Source: a virus (lineage: Duplodnaviria; Caudoviricetes). From it: DNA of 62,021 bases. Below are positions 30,226-39,390 of this stretch, piece by piece. The DNA is taken from the IMG/VR virus record IMGVR_UViG_3300012665_000376, positions 1 to 62,021 of that record. One strand, 5' to 3'. The number at the start of each line of letters is the position of its first letter. Position 1 is the stretch's first letter. The notes under the pieces are model-generated. The model ran no database searches. It saw only the letters and a list, made by a program, of their open reading frames with translations, and was not told the DNA's origin. A program made the position numbers and the translations under genes.

Positions 30226-30918
30226 TTACCTTTCGTCTACTTTCTGATTATTATCTTTCATTGCCTCAGTAGAAGCCACGTCTGCATCTTTTAATGATAT
30301 ACCTAAGTACATTAATGCACGAGTTGTAATATCAGAAAAATATCTTTCATCAATATCAATATCTACGCTTCCTGATATCTTGTAAGTAAAGTTTCCATTA
30401 CTTGAATCAAAAGCATAAACTCCCTTTTTAGGACGTCTCATATACACTAATGTGTACTCATAAGTTCCTGATGTAGGCACAGGTGCAAATTCAATTTTAG
30501 GCACATTAACAGAGCTTTCCTCTTGAACGAATACCGTTGCAGCAGGATAAATAGTGTTTGGCGCCAAAATAGCACTATTCTTAATTTCTAAGAATCTATC
30601 CCAGTCATATATTGTCCCCTCTTTAGGCGAGTTAGTTCCATCTTTAATAAATATAGTTAAAGCCTGAACGTAATCGTCTTGTGCAATGCTTTGGATAGAA
30701 GTAGAGCTACTTACAGTATATATCTTCTTTTTAACCAACAAATGGTCATAATCAAACTTACCTGTTCGTTGGAATTTATATAATGCAGCATTCATCCAGT
30801 CAGATACGCCGCGATTAATAGCGATATCTATATCTCCTGGACTAACAAATCCTCCTTTATTCTTCTTTATAATGGAGCGAATGAAGTCGTGCGCATCCTT
30901 AATTGCTATATTAGCCAT
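30226..30918 (-). CDS. tail ring/adaptor protein
   Basis: KNKGGFVSP..ID...YMRRP...YLGISLKD pattern; synteny. Confidence 0.65.
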   Translation of the reverse strand: MANIAIKDAHDFIRSIIKKNKGGFVSPGDIDIAINRGVSDWMNAALYKFQRTGKFDYDHLLVKKKIYTVSSSTSIQSIAQDDYVQALTIFIKDGTNSPKEGTIYDWDRFLEIKNSAILAPNTIYPAATVFVQEESSVNVPKIEFAPVPTSGTYEYTLVYMRRPKKGVYAFDSSNGNFTYKISGSVDIDIDERYFSDITTRALMYLGISLKDADVASTEAMKDNNQKVDER

Positions 30919-30940
30919 TATACATAATGTTATATTTATC

Positions 30941-30972
30941 CAAAGTTATGAAATTTTATCTATAAAAGACAA
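30941..30972 (-). promoter_or_regulatory. Bacteroidota-type promoter for tail genes
   Basis: - strand TTG, 21-nt spacer, TAACTTTG (30948-30941). Confidence 0.7.
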
Positions 30973-30999
30973 TGCCCCAGCTCAAAGAGCCAAGGCATT
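30964..30999 (-). terminator. intrinsic terminator
   Basis: - strand AATGCCTTGGCTC-TTT-GAGCTGGGGCATT followed by GTCTTTT. Confidence 0.7.
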
Positions 31000-31031
31000 A
31001 GTATTCATTTTCCATTAATAAAACGTATTCG

Positions 31032-31235
31032 CTATTTTCTCATTCTAGACACAATTTCTGATAAAGCATCTATTACATTGGTTTCTAGTTCTAATTTTGA
31101 TTCTACGGGTATTTCTGCAATAGCTTCCAAGATGTCTAAATAGGTTTTTACCTTAGAGTCCTGAATGCCTAAGAATTTAATATGAGCCATCTCATCGTGA
31201 TTGATAGCATCTGAGGGAATCATAAACTGAATCAT
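31032..31235 (-). CDS. hypothetical protein
   Basis: 67-aa ORF with AACCAAAC leader. Confidence 0.65.
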   Translation of the reverse strand: MIQFMIPSDAINHDEMAHIKFLGIQDSKVKTYLDILEAIAEIPVESKLELETNVIDALSEIVSRMRK

Positions 31236-31263
31236 ATCTGTTTGTTTGGTTGAGTAAAGATAC

Positions 31264-32541
31264 CTATAAATTTATCTTAGTCCCAATCATACCTAAATAA
31301 CTTTGCGGAATAATTGGATTGCTATTAAACCCTGTCTTTAATGCAAAATTAAACTTAAATCGTTTAGTTAGCGCAATATCAAAAGAAGCTCCCGTTAACA
31401 CACCAACATCATTAGATGTAATAAACTTCTGTTGTGCCGTTAAATAACCTGTTGCGCTACCTGAGAAGTATATATCTGGAGATACAGTTAGCCTCTTGCT
31501 AACCTTAACTGGTATAGTGTAGAACAACATTATGTTATTACTGATATTCATCCCAGCATCTGCGCCTGCAAAACTAAGCGTATAGTTGGCTCCTGACGTG
31601 CCGTATTTACCTAAAGGTTGGATATGTGCAGCAGTAACAAATCCAAGCGCTGTGCCACCTAAATAGACGCCTGTGATACCAAAGTTAGAGATGGACTGCA
31701 TCTTTCCTCCAGCAAAGTTTAACATAGTGTATCTACCACTAAGAGCAAACTGATTAAGCGTAGACCATATCATAGTAGATATACCCCACGAAGAGTTGCC
31801 CATTAGTGAACTTTGACTCATTCCTACGCTTGCGATAATAGAAATAACATCACTTGATGGAGCGACTGTAAAGTCCGAGCTATAAATAATCGGATTCGCC
31901 ACAGCGTTCGATTTCTTGGACTCGCTTTTCTTTTCTGATTTAGATTCTTTCTTGCTTTCACTTTTCGATTCGGATTTAGACTCAGACTTCTCTTCGCTTT
32001 TTGACTCCGACTTGCTTTCGCTCTTTGTCTCGCTTTGTGATTCTGACTTAGTTTCTGACTTTGTTTCTGCTTTAGGTGTACTGTTAGATGTTGTTGATGG
32101 GGCTGGTGTGCTACTAGCCGCAGACGACGATGCCGCAGAAGAAGCCGCTGAACTAGCTGCCGATGAAGCAGCACTTGTTGCCGCAGATGTAGCCGCTGCC
32201 GTTGCAGCTGACGTAGCTTGTGCTGTTGCCGCAGATGCTGCTGCTGCTACTGCTTGTTGTACCGCATTTGCTACGGTTTGTGTTACAGCGACAGTAGCCT
32301 GCGGGCAAGGGAAGTTAATAGTTAAATCGTTAATCCAAGCCTGTAACGCTCCTGTAGTAATATCGTTTGCCGTTACTACTCTGTATTGTCCTCTATAGAC
32401 GACAGTAGTCTTGCCGTTAGCCAAAGGTACGGTAACTACGGTAACTTTCCCAGAGCAAGGGTCAACAAAGGTTTGGGTTAAAACTTGTGAATATGCACAT
32501 AGTGGGGCTATGATAAATAGGAGTGCATATATCAGTTTCAT
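31264..32541 (-). CDS. secreted/outer-membrane protein: signal peptide, small N-domain, A/S then SESK linker, C-terminal beta-barrel-like domain
   Basis: signal peptide ending AYS-Q; (SESK)n repeats; alternating hydrophobic beta strands ending GTKINL. Confidence 0.7.
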   Translation of the reverse strand: MKLIYALLFIIAPLCAYSQVLTQTFVDPCSGKVTVVTVPLANGKTTVVYRGQYRVVTANDITTGALQAWINDLTINFPCPQATVAVTQTVANAVQQAVAAAASAATAQATSAATAAATSAATSAASSAASSAASSAASSSAASSTPAPSTTSNSTPKAETKSETKSESQSETKSESKSESKSEEKSESKSESKSESKKESKSEKKSESKKSNAVANPIIYSSDFTVAPSSDVISIIASVGMSQSSLMGNSSWGISTMIWSTLNQFALSGRYTMLNFAGGKMQSISNFGITGVYLGGTALGFVTAAHIQPLGKYGTSGANYTLSFAGADAGMNISNNIMLFYTIPVKVSKRLTVSPDIYFSGSATGYLTAQQKFITSNDVGVLTGASFDIALTKRFKFNFALKTGFNSNPIIPQSYLGMIGTKINL

Positions 32542-33251
32542 TACTTGAAGATTTTCTTCTTAATCATTCTAACGATGATTTTTGCACTAGCGTTTTCTAA
32601 TGCTTTTTTAGTTGTTGTACCAATAGTAGATTGGTTGAACTTAATCTCAGCAAAGTTTCCGTCGTTCATTAATGTAGCCTCACGAGTTGTCTTAGCCTCT
32701 CCCATTCCTGAGCCTGTAAAGAACTCTCCTGTCTCTGCATTGACGAATTTTACCTGCAAACCTAATCGCGTGACTACAGTTTGTTTTGTGTCGCCTTTAA
32801 TAGAAATGGATTCATCCTCACTAATCGAGAAATCGTAGCATTCAATGTAAACAAAGTATTGAGCTAACTTAATCTTTCCTCTACCATCTAACTTATTCTC
32901 AGAGATTCCAGCCTGCGAAGCTTGGAACTGCTTAACCATTCTGTTCTTAATCTCAGCTTTGTCTTCGGTAAATGTGAAGCGATTAGTTTCCTCTAGGAAC
33001 TCGATAACAATGTTAGTGACTCCAAGCCCCACACGCTTGTCTTTAAGCTCAGGATAAGCCGCGTAGACTTCTTCATTGATGCCTAAAGATAATAGCTGAA
33101 TAGGAATCTTTGGACCCTCGTAGTCCATTAATGAATCGATATTAATCTTCTTCTCAAACGAGGCTGTGTAAGCTTCTGTCTTAACAGAGGCTACCTGCGC
33201 GCTTGTCGCAAAAGTTGTCAATAATAGAGACAGGAATAATATCTTCTTCAT
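32541..33251 (-). CDS. CsgG/HfaB-like (curli assembly channel fold) protein
   Basis: signal peptide; GLGVTNIVIEFLEETNRF; AQYFVY..YDF; LQVKFVNAETGE...GMGEA; KKALENA. Confidence 0.7.
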   Translation of the reverse strand: MKKILFLSLLLTTFATSAQVASVKTEAYTASFEKKINIDSLMDYEGPKIPIQLLSLGINEEVYAAYPELKDKRVGLGVTNIVIEFLEETNRFTFTEDKAEIKNRMVKQFQASQAGISENKLDGRGKIKLAQYFVYIECYDFSISEDESISIKGDTKQTVVTRLGLQVKFVNAETGEFFTGSGMGEAKTTREATLMNDGNFAEIKFNQSTIGTTTKKALENASAKIIVRMIKKKIFK

Positions 33252-33502
33252 AACGTTAACTGTGTTTTACAAAATTTACATATTTGTAAATTGTAGTTTA
33301 TATTACTAATGCAAACCCTATTGGTTTGGATTTTCATCATTTTCCTCCCCATATTGGTTTGTATTTTTAACAACTTCCGAATTCGGCAACATTTTGTTAC
33401 ATATTTTGGCAAATAGGTAACACTAATTCGGATAAATTATATGCAATAACGTATAATATAGTTTACATTAAGCTAATTATATGCTGTTGCGTATAATATA
33501 GT

Positions 33503-33805
33503 TTACCATTTCGGTTCTTCCGCAAGCGCTTCTTTCTCTGTCTTCTTTTTAGGTGCTGCTGGCTTTTCTACAACCCGCTCAACAACTTTTGTGCCGCCTG
33601 CAGATGCAGCTTGCTTTTGCTGTTGCGTGTTATTAGTTGTAATGTTAATTACAGGAGCTGGAGCCGATACAGCCGCTGGTTGCGCAGCTTCTTCTTCGCC
33701 TGTTAATTGTTTAGTCACAAATCCACCTACTGCAATTGTAACTGTACTTACTAATCCGATAAGGATGTTCTTAAGTGAGCCTCCGCTTTCTTGTTCTTCT
33801 GCCAT
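33503..33805 (-). CDS. single-pass membrane protein
   Basis: hydrophobic LKNILIGLVSTVTIAVGGFV followed by a P/A/Q-rich tail. Confidence 0.7.
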   Translation of the reverse strand: MAEEQESGGSLKNILIGLVSTVTIAVGGFVTKQLTGEEEAAQPAAVSAPAPVINITTNNTQQQKQAASAGGTKVVERVVEKPAAPKKKTEKEALAEEPKW

Positions 33806-33806
33806 T

Positions 33807-34160
33807 TTAATTAATGATTAAAGGTTTTTTAATTGTTACGCCTGATACGTCCGTCAAAGTTAAGTCATATAACCCGCGAGACAATGTATCTAAATGAATA
33901 GTCTTAATAGTAGCCGCCGATGATGCTGTAAAGCCAACTGTTTTTAATGGCTCTGTGCTACCAAATTTATACACCTGAATAGAGTATTTAGCTCCAGCAG
34001 TTGTGTTTGCTACAATAGTAGCTTGCTTACTTTCCACTACTAAGCTAGTAATGTCTGTTGATTCAGGATTCGAACCAAGGCTTGTTTCCTTTTCTAACGT
34101 CTCGATGTCTTGGCAAGCTGCCAGCATCACTATCAACAAAAATGCTACCGTCTTCTTCAT
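33807..34160 (-). CDS. lipoprotein with T9SS C-terminal-domain-like end
   Basis: lipobox LAAC; C-terminus LSRGLYDLTLTDVSGVTIKKPLIIN resembles a Por/T9SS CTD. Confidence 0.6.
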   Translation of the reverse strand: MKKTVAFLLIVMLAACQDIETLEKETSLGSNPESTDITSLVVESKQATIVANTTAGAKYSIQVYKFGSTEPLKTVGFTASSAATIKTIHLDTLSRGLYDLTLTDVSGVTIKKPLIIN

Positions 34161-34165
34161 TTAAC

Positions 34166-35941
34166 CTAAAAGTTATTTATTCCCGTTAATTTTATAGTCT
34201 CTAGGTTTAAATTAATCCCTAGTTGGTATCCTGTCTTAGACGCTGCATCCATATTAGGAGACACGCGAATCACTGAGTTAATATCTGCCCCGTTTCCAAT
34301 AGTCTCAAACTTCAACTTAAATGGAGTAAGCTCGCCCGTTACAGGATTCTTTAATTCTTTATCTAAGGCTCCAAATCTTACTCTACCGTCCTTATTATCC
34401 ACAAACGTGTACCAAGTATTAGGTAGCTCATTTAACAACGCTACAAATTTAACCTTTGTCGGGTCATAAACGAACTCAAATTGTAGTGCCGATAGATTGC
34501 TTGCTCCTGTATTTACTTTAACAGGTATCTCAAAACTATTGGTTGTTACAGTTTTACCTTGAATTGTAACATTAATAGACGGGATATACTGCGGCGTATT
34601 AATCAACAAGTGAGCAGTTTGAGTCTGAGATAGATTCTTCTTTAAGCTAGGCACAGCATTAGTAGCAATAGCATTATTAATAACAACCTGCGAGCTATGG
34701 CTTCTATTGATATCTCCTGGAATAACAAACTTGAGCTTTAATGGTAGATTAGCTCCAATATTTGTCGTCTTAAAACGAACATAATTCTTGCTTACATCTT
34801 TCCAGTTAGCTGCTGTCATTGCGTTAAATTCAGCTTCTGTAAATGTAGGAGCACTCATATACATATCTGTTCCTGCTGCATAGTTGCTTGGAAGTGTAAC
34901 TAAGTTTTCTACGCCAGTTACCTGTGCAAATAATCTAACTAAATCGCCTCCATCTAACTTCTTATTAAAGTTTACGTCTGCTGCATAATATCCAGCCCCT
35001 GTGATGATGTTTTGGTTATTAAACGTTCCGTCTAAGTTCTGTGTCACAAATTCAGCTTGTGCTGTTGTATAGTCGGATACAGTAACTGCCGCCGAAGATA
35101 AATCTTTTATGCTATCCATATTAAATAGCGTCCTAACGTGGTAAACTGTATTAGGCTGGAATCTAGTCTGGTCTACAGGAATAGTGCCGTCAGATAGAGC
35201 ATCAACTAAGTAAGTTTGATTAGTTACAGAATCTGTAAATGCGATTCTATGAAGAGATTGAACGTCTACATTTGCGTTGTAATCAATTGTTGGATTAACA
35301 TACTTAGTAGCAGTTGGGTCTAGCATAATAACACTTGTAAGAGGCGTTGTCATTAATGTTGAGCCAGATGTGCCATTTTGATTAAACGCTGCCGCAAAGT
35401 TCATTGCAATAGGATTCCAAGCATATCCTGGAGCATCTGTCTTTAGTTTAAACTTAAGAACAAGTAATCTATCAGTACCTAGCCCCCCTTGTGCAATAGA
35501 CCAGTTAAGATATACACGCAAGATTGATTTAGGTCCTCCTTGTGTGTATCTGTAATCACAGTAATTATAGTTAGTATTGCCGTTATCAGTAGTATTCTGC
35601 GTTGTCTTGTTATATGTATATCCTGGGTAATCTTGATAGCTCATTGTAATTTGTGAGCCATAAGGAATGATGCCCCCATTTCCGCCTGTGCCAGTGTGGT
35701 TAACAGACATTAATTGGAATGCCGTATTCTGATATTCAAAGTCAAAATATAATGCACGGGTAGATGTGTTGCCATTACCATCCGCCATCACAGTTACAAG
35801 AAACTCGTCGCCCTTGTTAATAACAGCGCCATTAACATTGGTATTAGTGTTTGCATTTTGCAAACTCAACTTAACTATTTGAGCAGATGTGCTGTAGGTA
35901 AGCAGCAGAATTGCTGCAAGGGCAAACCATAGTTTTTTCAT
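34166..35941 (-). CDS. secreted cohesin-domain protein with dockerin-like Ca-binding loop
   Basis: signal peptide; two cohesin-like Ig domains (KGDEFLVTV...YFDFEY; FEIPVKV...SALQFEFVYDPTKVKF); ADVNFNKKLDGGDL and GDINRSH. Confidence 0.7.
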   Translation of the reverse strand: MKKLWFALAAILLLTYSTSAQIVKLSLQNANTNTNVNGAVINKGDEFLVTVMADGNGNTSTRALYFDFEYQNTAFQLMSVNHTGTGGNGGIIPYGSQITMSYQDYPGYTYNKTTQNTTDNGNTNYNYCDYRYTQGGPKSILRVYLNWSIAQGGLGTDRLLVLKFKLKTDAPGYAWNPIAMNFAAAFNQNGTSGSTLMTTPLTSVIMLDPTATKYVNPTIDYNANVDVQSLHRIAFTDSVTNQTYLVDALSDGTIPVDQTRFQPNTVYHVRTLFNMDSIKDLSSAAVTVSDYTTAQAEFVTQNLDGTFNNQNIITGAGYYAADVNFNKKLDGGDLVRLFAQVTGVENLVTLPSNYAAGTDMYMSAPTFTEAEFNAMTAANWKDVSKNYVRFKTTNIGANLPLKLKFVIPGDINRSHSSQVVINNAIATNAVPSLKKNLSQTQTAHLLINTPQYIPSINVTIQGKTVTTNSFEIPVKVNTGASNLSALQFEFVYDPTKVKFVALLNELPNTWYTFVDNKDGRVRFGALDKELKNPVTGELTPFKLKFETIGNGADINSVIRVSPNMDAASKTGYQLGINLNLETIKLTGINNF

Positions 35942-36399
35942 TATAATAGTTTAGTGATTAAGGTGTTACAAGATTTCTTTATTGCTGAGCTCAAGTTGGT
36001 TTGGTTAAATTTACCGCCCTCGTCAATTAAAAGCATAGCCATTGAAACCTCTTCTGCTTGCTCTTCTACGATGACAGTCTTCTTAACCTTACCATCTTGT
36101 ATTAACTTTCCTCTAAGTCGAATTACTACCGCTTCCTTATTGCTATGGAATACGGATAGATTCGACTGAGTTTTAAGTACATCTAAATAAAGAATCTCTA
36201 CCTTAATCTGCGTTGGCGCATCCTCTGACACCTCGTGTCCTGCTTCTTGCAAGAATTCCTCTAGGATGTTTTTAACGCCAAACTCTAAGTTTCTGTTGCC
36301 AGCAAGCGCTCCAATCTGTACATTATTCTGTACAGATGCTACGGTTATTTCTTGTGGTTTCATAAACCAAAAGAGCGCTATGCTTAACAGTAATCTCAT
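35941..36399 (-). CDS. envelope protein, possibly a short CsgG-like paralog
   Basis: N-terminal hydrophobic segment; LEFGVKNILEEFL...FNQTNLSSAIKK parallels the CsgG-like ORF (GLGVTNIVIEFL...FNQSTIGTTTKK). Confidence 0.55.
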   Translation of the reverse strand: MRLLLSIALFWFMKPQEITVASVQNNVQIGALAGNRNLEFGVKNILEEFLQEAGHEVSEDAPTQIKVEILYLDVLKTQSNLSVFHSNKEAVVIRLRGKLIQDGKVKKTVIVEEQAEEVSMAMLLIDEGGKFNQTNLSSAIKKSCNTLITKLL

Positions 36400-36401
36400 A
36401 A

Positions 36402-36527
36402 TTATCCTTGTCCGCGCGATTTCTTTGACGGACTTTCTTTTGGACCATTTGTTTTCTTGTGCTTGCCGTTACGACGCACACCAAATACAACCTTTTTGTT
36501 CTCCGATGATGGTTTTTGCTTTGCCAT
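36402..36527 (-). CDS. small basic peptide (41 aa; not in the ORF track)
   Basis: MAKQKPSSENKKVVFGVRRNGKHKK...KKSRGQG; overlaps the endolysin stop. Confidence 0.6.
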   Translation of the reverse strand: MAKQKPSSENKKVVFGVRRNGKHKKTNGPKESPSKKSRGQG

Positions 36528-37369
36528 TATGCTAATAAATGATAGAACTCGTTAAAATGTTTCTGACGGTCTGCTAAACCAATAGTTCCACCGTTTACAC
36601 GTTTAGTTACAGCTGTAACAGTGTCCATTCCAGCACCCTTGTCGCAGATAGCCCATAAGCCATTCTTCTTAAAGAAGAAAGCTGCTGAGGCTAGTGCATA
36701 CTTTGTAGCTACTAAATCTGGATTAGCTACGATATCTTCAGGCACTGTAGCATCAAATGATTTATAGTTTTCAAAACCCGTCAATTGGATATATCCGCGT
36801 CCACGGTACTTCCAACCCATTCCGCTTGCTTCGTTGCCATTACCCATACGGTTAGCATAAACCTTGTTAGCAATCTTCTCAGGCTTGCGTTCGTATTGCA
36901 TTGCAACAGTTACACTAGGAAAATACTTACGGAAGATTCCGCATAATCCTTTAGCTGAGTAGTTAAGGTTTTCTTGCGTAGCTCTAAATCCACCAGATTC
37001 GTGTCCACATTGTGCCAAGAAGTGAGCAAGCCGTAGTGGAGTTGTAATTCCAAAACGAGCTGCCGTATCAGGAATAGCATCAATAACAGCTTGAGGAACG
37101 TGTCCTTTAAGTGCATCTAGTTTAAATCCTTGTGCTACAACTGGCGCAGGAGCGACGATTGGTTGTGGTGCGGGTACTTCTGCCACTGGAGCAAACATCT
37201 TCGCCCACGTCGCATCTCCTACAATTCCATCAGGTGTTAAACCGTGAGCGGACTGCCAACCTTTAACTGCCGCCTCTGTCTTAGGACCAAACTTACCAAT
37301 AGGGTCTACGCCAAGCTTAACTTGAAGCTTAGTAACGTCATCCCCGAATGAGCCTACTCTTAATAGCAT
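36527..37369 (-). CDS. endolysin: peptidoglycan-binding domain plus GH19 (chitinase/lysozyme-like) domain
   Basis: FGPKTEAAVKGWQ..GLTPDGIVG PGBD; LAHFLAQCGHESGGF, YRGRGYIQLTG, TKRVNGGTIGL. Confidence 0.9.
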   Translation of the reverse strand: MLLRVGSFGDDVTKLQVKLGVDPIGKFGPKTEAAVKGWQSAHGLTPDGIVGDATWAKMFAPVAEVPAPQPIVAPAPVVAQGFKLDALKGHVPQAVIDAIPDTAARFGITTPLRLAHFLAQCGHESGGFRATQENLNYSAKGLCGIFRKYFPSVTVAMQYERKPEKIANKVYANRMGNGNEASGMGWKYRGRGYIQLTGFENYKSFDATVPEDIVANPDLVATKYALASAAFFFKKNGLWAICDKGAGMDTVTAVTKRVNGGTIGLADRQKHFNEFYHLLA

Positions 37370-37370
37370 A

Positions 37371-37559
37371 TTATTTCTTTTTCTTAGCGTAGTATTTTTT
37401 CTTTGGCTTAGTCGCTACAATTCTTTCAGCAATCTCAATAGCTGCTTTTTCAAACTCTTCGTTATCAACAGCTGCTTCCTTAATTTCTTCTACGATTTTC
37501 TCGATAACTTTCTTCTTCACAGGGAAAAAGAATAATTTAATTTTTTGTAATAAGTTCAT
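37371..37559 (-). CDS. small hypothetical protein
   Basis: 62-aa ORF with basic C-terminus in the lysis cluster. Confidence 0.6.
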   Translation of the reverse strand: MNLLQKIKLFFFPVKKKVIEKIVEEIKEAAVDNEEFEKAAIEIAERIVATKPKKKYYAKKKK

Positions 37560-37560
37560 A

Positions 37561-38166
37561 TTATTTTATTTTATAGTAATAACCAGCGCCGTACATAACA
37601 TTTCCATCAATATCGACAGAAGCTTTAATGTTATACAGTTGGTCTTTTTTTGTTTTCAATATCATTCCAGCTTCAGCACCTCTTATTCCAAGAGCATTGT
37701 TAACGAGGACACCTGCTCCAACAAATACATTCCTTGTTGGTGGTGCGTATTTAGTAATAGTCTTAGTCTCTTTAACAATCGGTATTTCGTAATTCTCACG
37801 CGTGCGTCTGTAAGCTAGTTTATTTTCTTTAATAGTATCTAATACCGCAATGTATCCGTATGTGCCGACTCTGATTGTGTCTGAATAGATAAGCTTATTC
37901 ATATACAACTGAAGCAACGCCATATACTGCTCTTTTAACTTAGCATAGTTTGTATCAGGCAGCATCTCAGGCTTAGACATAACGTCTACACGAACCTCCT
38001 TATAGACTACCTTTGTCTTCTCTACGATAGAGTCGTGTACTTGCCAAGACGTATCGTGTACAACTAAGGTATCATTAGGACGTGTCTCGCCTGCTTGCAT
38101 ATGCTTAGTGTAAGCATAGAAGATAGCAATCATACAACACACAAAAAGAGCTATATTAACCCTCAT
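37561..38166 (-). CDS. membrane-anchored lysis-cluster protein (spanin-like candidate)
   Basis: N-terminal TM helix, DT-rich segment, C-terminal beta strands; located between holin and endolysin. Confidence 0.55.
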   Translation of the reverse strand: MRVNIALFVCCMIAIFYAYTKHMQAGETRPNDTLVVHDTSWQVHDSIVEKTKVVYKEVRVDVMSKPEMLPDTNYAKLKEQYMALLQLYMNKLIYSDTIRVGTYGYIAVLDTIKENKLAYRRTRENYEIPIVKETKTITKYAPPTRNVFVGAGVLVNNALGIRGAEAGMILKTKKDQLYNIKASVDIDGNVMYGAGYYYKIK

Positions 38167-38446
38167 CTTCTGGAAGCGGGTCTAATCCGCCAGGTAGGTT
38201 TTTTTCGCGCTCAGCATCAGTCTTGCGGTTCTGAACTTTCTCATAAGATGAGATACCAAAACAACCAGCTGTTAATGCAGCGAATACTTCTAGGATTACA
38301 GGCTCGATAACAAATGTCTTGCCCTCAAATCCAGTGATAATATCTACTAGTCCGTAGATAAAAAGAACTAGGAACGATAAGAATCCTAGTACTGACTTTT
38401 CGTTGATGTCGTTGTCGTCAGAGAACAACTGCTTGATAAATGACAT
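38156..38446 (-). CDS. holin candidate
   Basis: two TM segments, charged C-terminus, upstream of the endolysin. Confidence 0.65.
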   Translation of the reverse strand: MSFIKQLFSDDNDINEKSVLGFLSFLVLFIYGLVDIITGFEGKTFVIEPVILEVFAALTAGCFGISSYEKVQNRKTDAEREKNLPGGLDPLPEDEG

Positions 38447-38479
38447 AATTTTTAGTGGTTAGTATATAAATGCTTGATG

Positions 38480-38770
38480 TTACAAATTATAAAGGCGGTA
38501 TTTTTCGTCGTCTTCTTCTGGTTTGATTGCCACAACTTGACGCATATCTACCTGAAGTGGTAGCTTAGATGGTGGGGTTGGTACTCGTAATCCTGTTTTG
38601 TAGACTTGTCTCTCTAGGTTATCTATCCTAGTCTTGTCTACGTTTGATTGCACAATTAGCTGCTTAATGTCCATCTTCATTTCATTGACATCGTGCCAAA
38701 TGATTACCGACAGGATTGTTATTGCTGTCGGGAATAAATAAGCCTTTATTTGTTCAATAGGATTGTCCAT
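38480..38770 (-). CDS. single-TM coiled-coil protein (holin/antiholin candidate)
   Basis: one TM helix plus coiled coil; first gene of the lysis unit. Confidence 0.55.
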   Translation of the reverse strand: MDNPIEQIKAYLFPTAITILSVIIWHDVNEMKMDIKQLIVQSNVDKTRIDNLERQVYKTGLRVPTPPSKLPLQVDMRQVVAIKPEEDDEKYRLYNL

Positions 38771-38789
38771 TCATCTAAAATATCTATAA

Positions 38790-38820
38790 CAAAGATAGCA
38801 GTCTTTTGTACTACCGCAAA
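38790..38820 (-). promoter_or_regulatory. Bacteroidota-type promoter for lysis and envelope genes
   Basis: - strand TTTG (38820-38817), 19-nt spacer, TATCTTTG (38797-38790). Confidence 0.75.
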
Positions 38821-38930
38821 ACCTTTTTATAGGTAAACACCTCTTTATCAGGATTCTTAATAATCCGATAAGTAAATAATACTATTGCTGTAACGCAGAT
38901 AGCTCCGTATGTTATTGTTAGCGCAATCAT
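38811..38930 (-). CDS. small membrane peptide (39 aa; not in the ORF track)
   Basis: MIALTITYGAICVTAIVLFTYRIIKNPDKEVFTYKKVLR. Confidence 0.45.
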   Translation of the reverse strand: MIALTITYGAICVTAIVLFTYRIIKNPDKEVFTYKKVLR

Positions 38931-38939
38931 ATTAGTAAT

Positions 38940-39389
38940 TTATGGAGTTGGACAACCTGTTAGTTGTGTTTTTTGTATGCTTCCATTGTACCCTCCTGGA
39001 ATATTTGTTTGAAGTGGCGTATATAGACCAGTATATGTATAAAATTTAGGGGGATAAGATGGCAATACATATTGTTGCCCAGCCCCTAAGTTAGGTATTT
39101 GTCTTGTCCAAGCGTACCCGTCTGTATTGCTACATCCCATTACCTGATAATAAACATACTGCTTTCCTACAATCTTTTCTTTTGTAACAATTTGATTAGA
39201 TGGAGTATCAGCTAATGGGGCTGGCTCTATTTCAACATAAGATTGTATTAATTCAGCGCGAATGCATTTCTTTGGAGAAACTCCCGATGGAGGCATAGGC
39301 AATAGCTGTAAAAGATATCCGTAATAACAGGCATCGTATAGGTTCTCAAATGTTACCGCTTGTTTGCTTGTAATGTCTGCCCAACCCAT
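38940..39389 (-). CDS. tail-fibre-associated protein
   Basis: 149 aa, follows an S74 fibre gene. Confidence 0.5.
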   Translation of the reverse strand: MGWADITSKQAVTFENLYDACYYGYLLQLLPMPPSGVSPKKCIRAELIQSYVEIEPAPLADTPSNQIVTKEKIVGKQYVYYQVMGCSNTDGYAWTRQIPNLGAGQQYVLPSYPPKFYTYTGLYTPLQTNIPGGYNGSIQKTQLTGCPTP

Positions 39390-39390
39390 A

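Noticed and set aside
31916-32398. Antisense and alternate-frame ORFs (31916..32398 +, 31824..32174 -) and the SESK repeats as a DNA element
   Set aside because: By-products of a low-complexity A/S/E/K linker in the 425-aa gene
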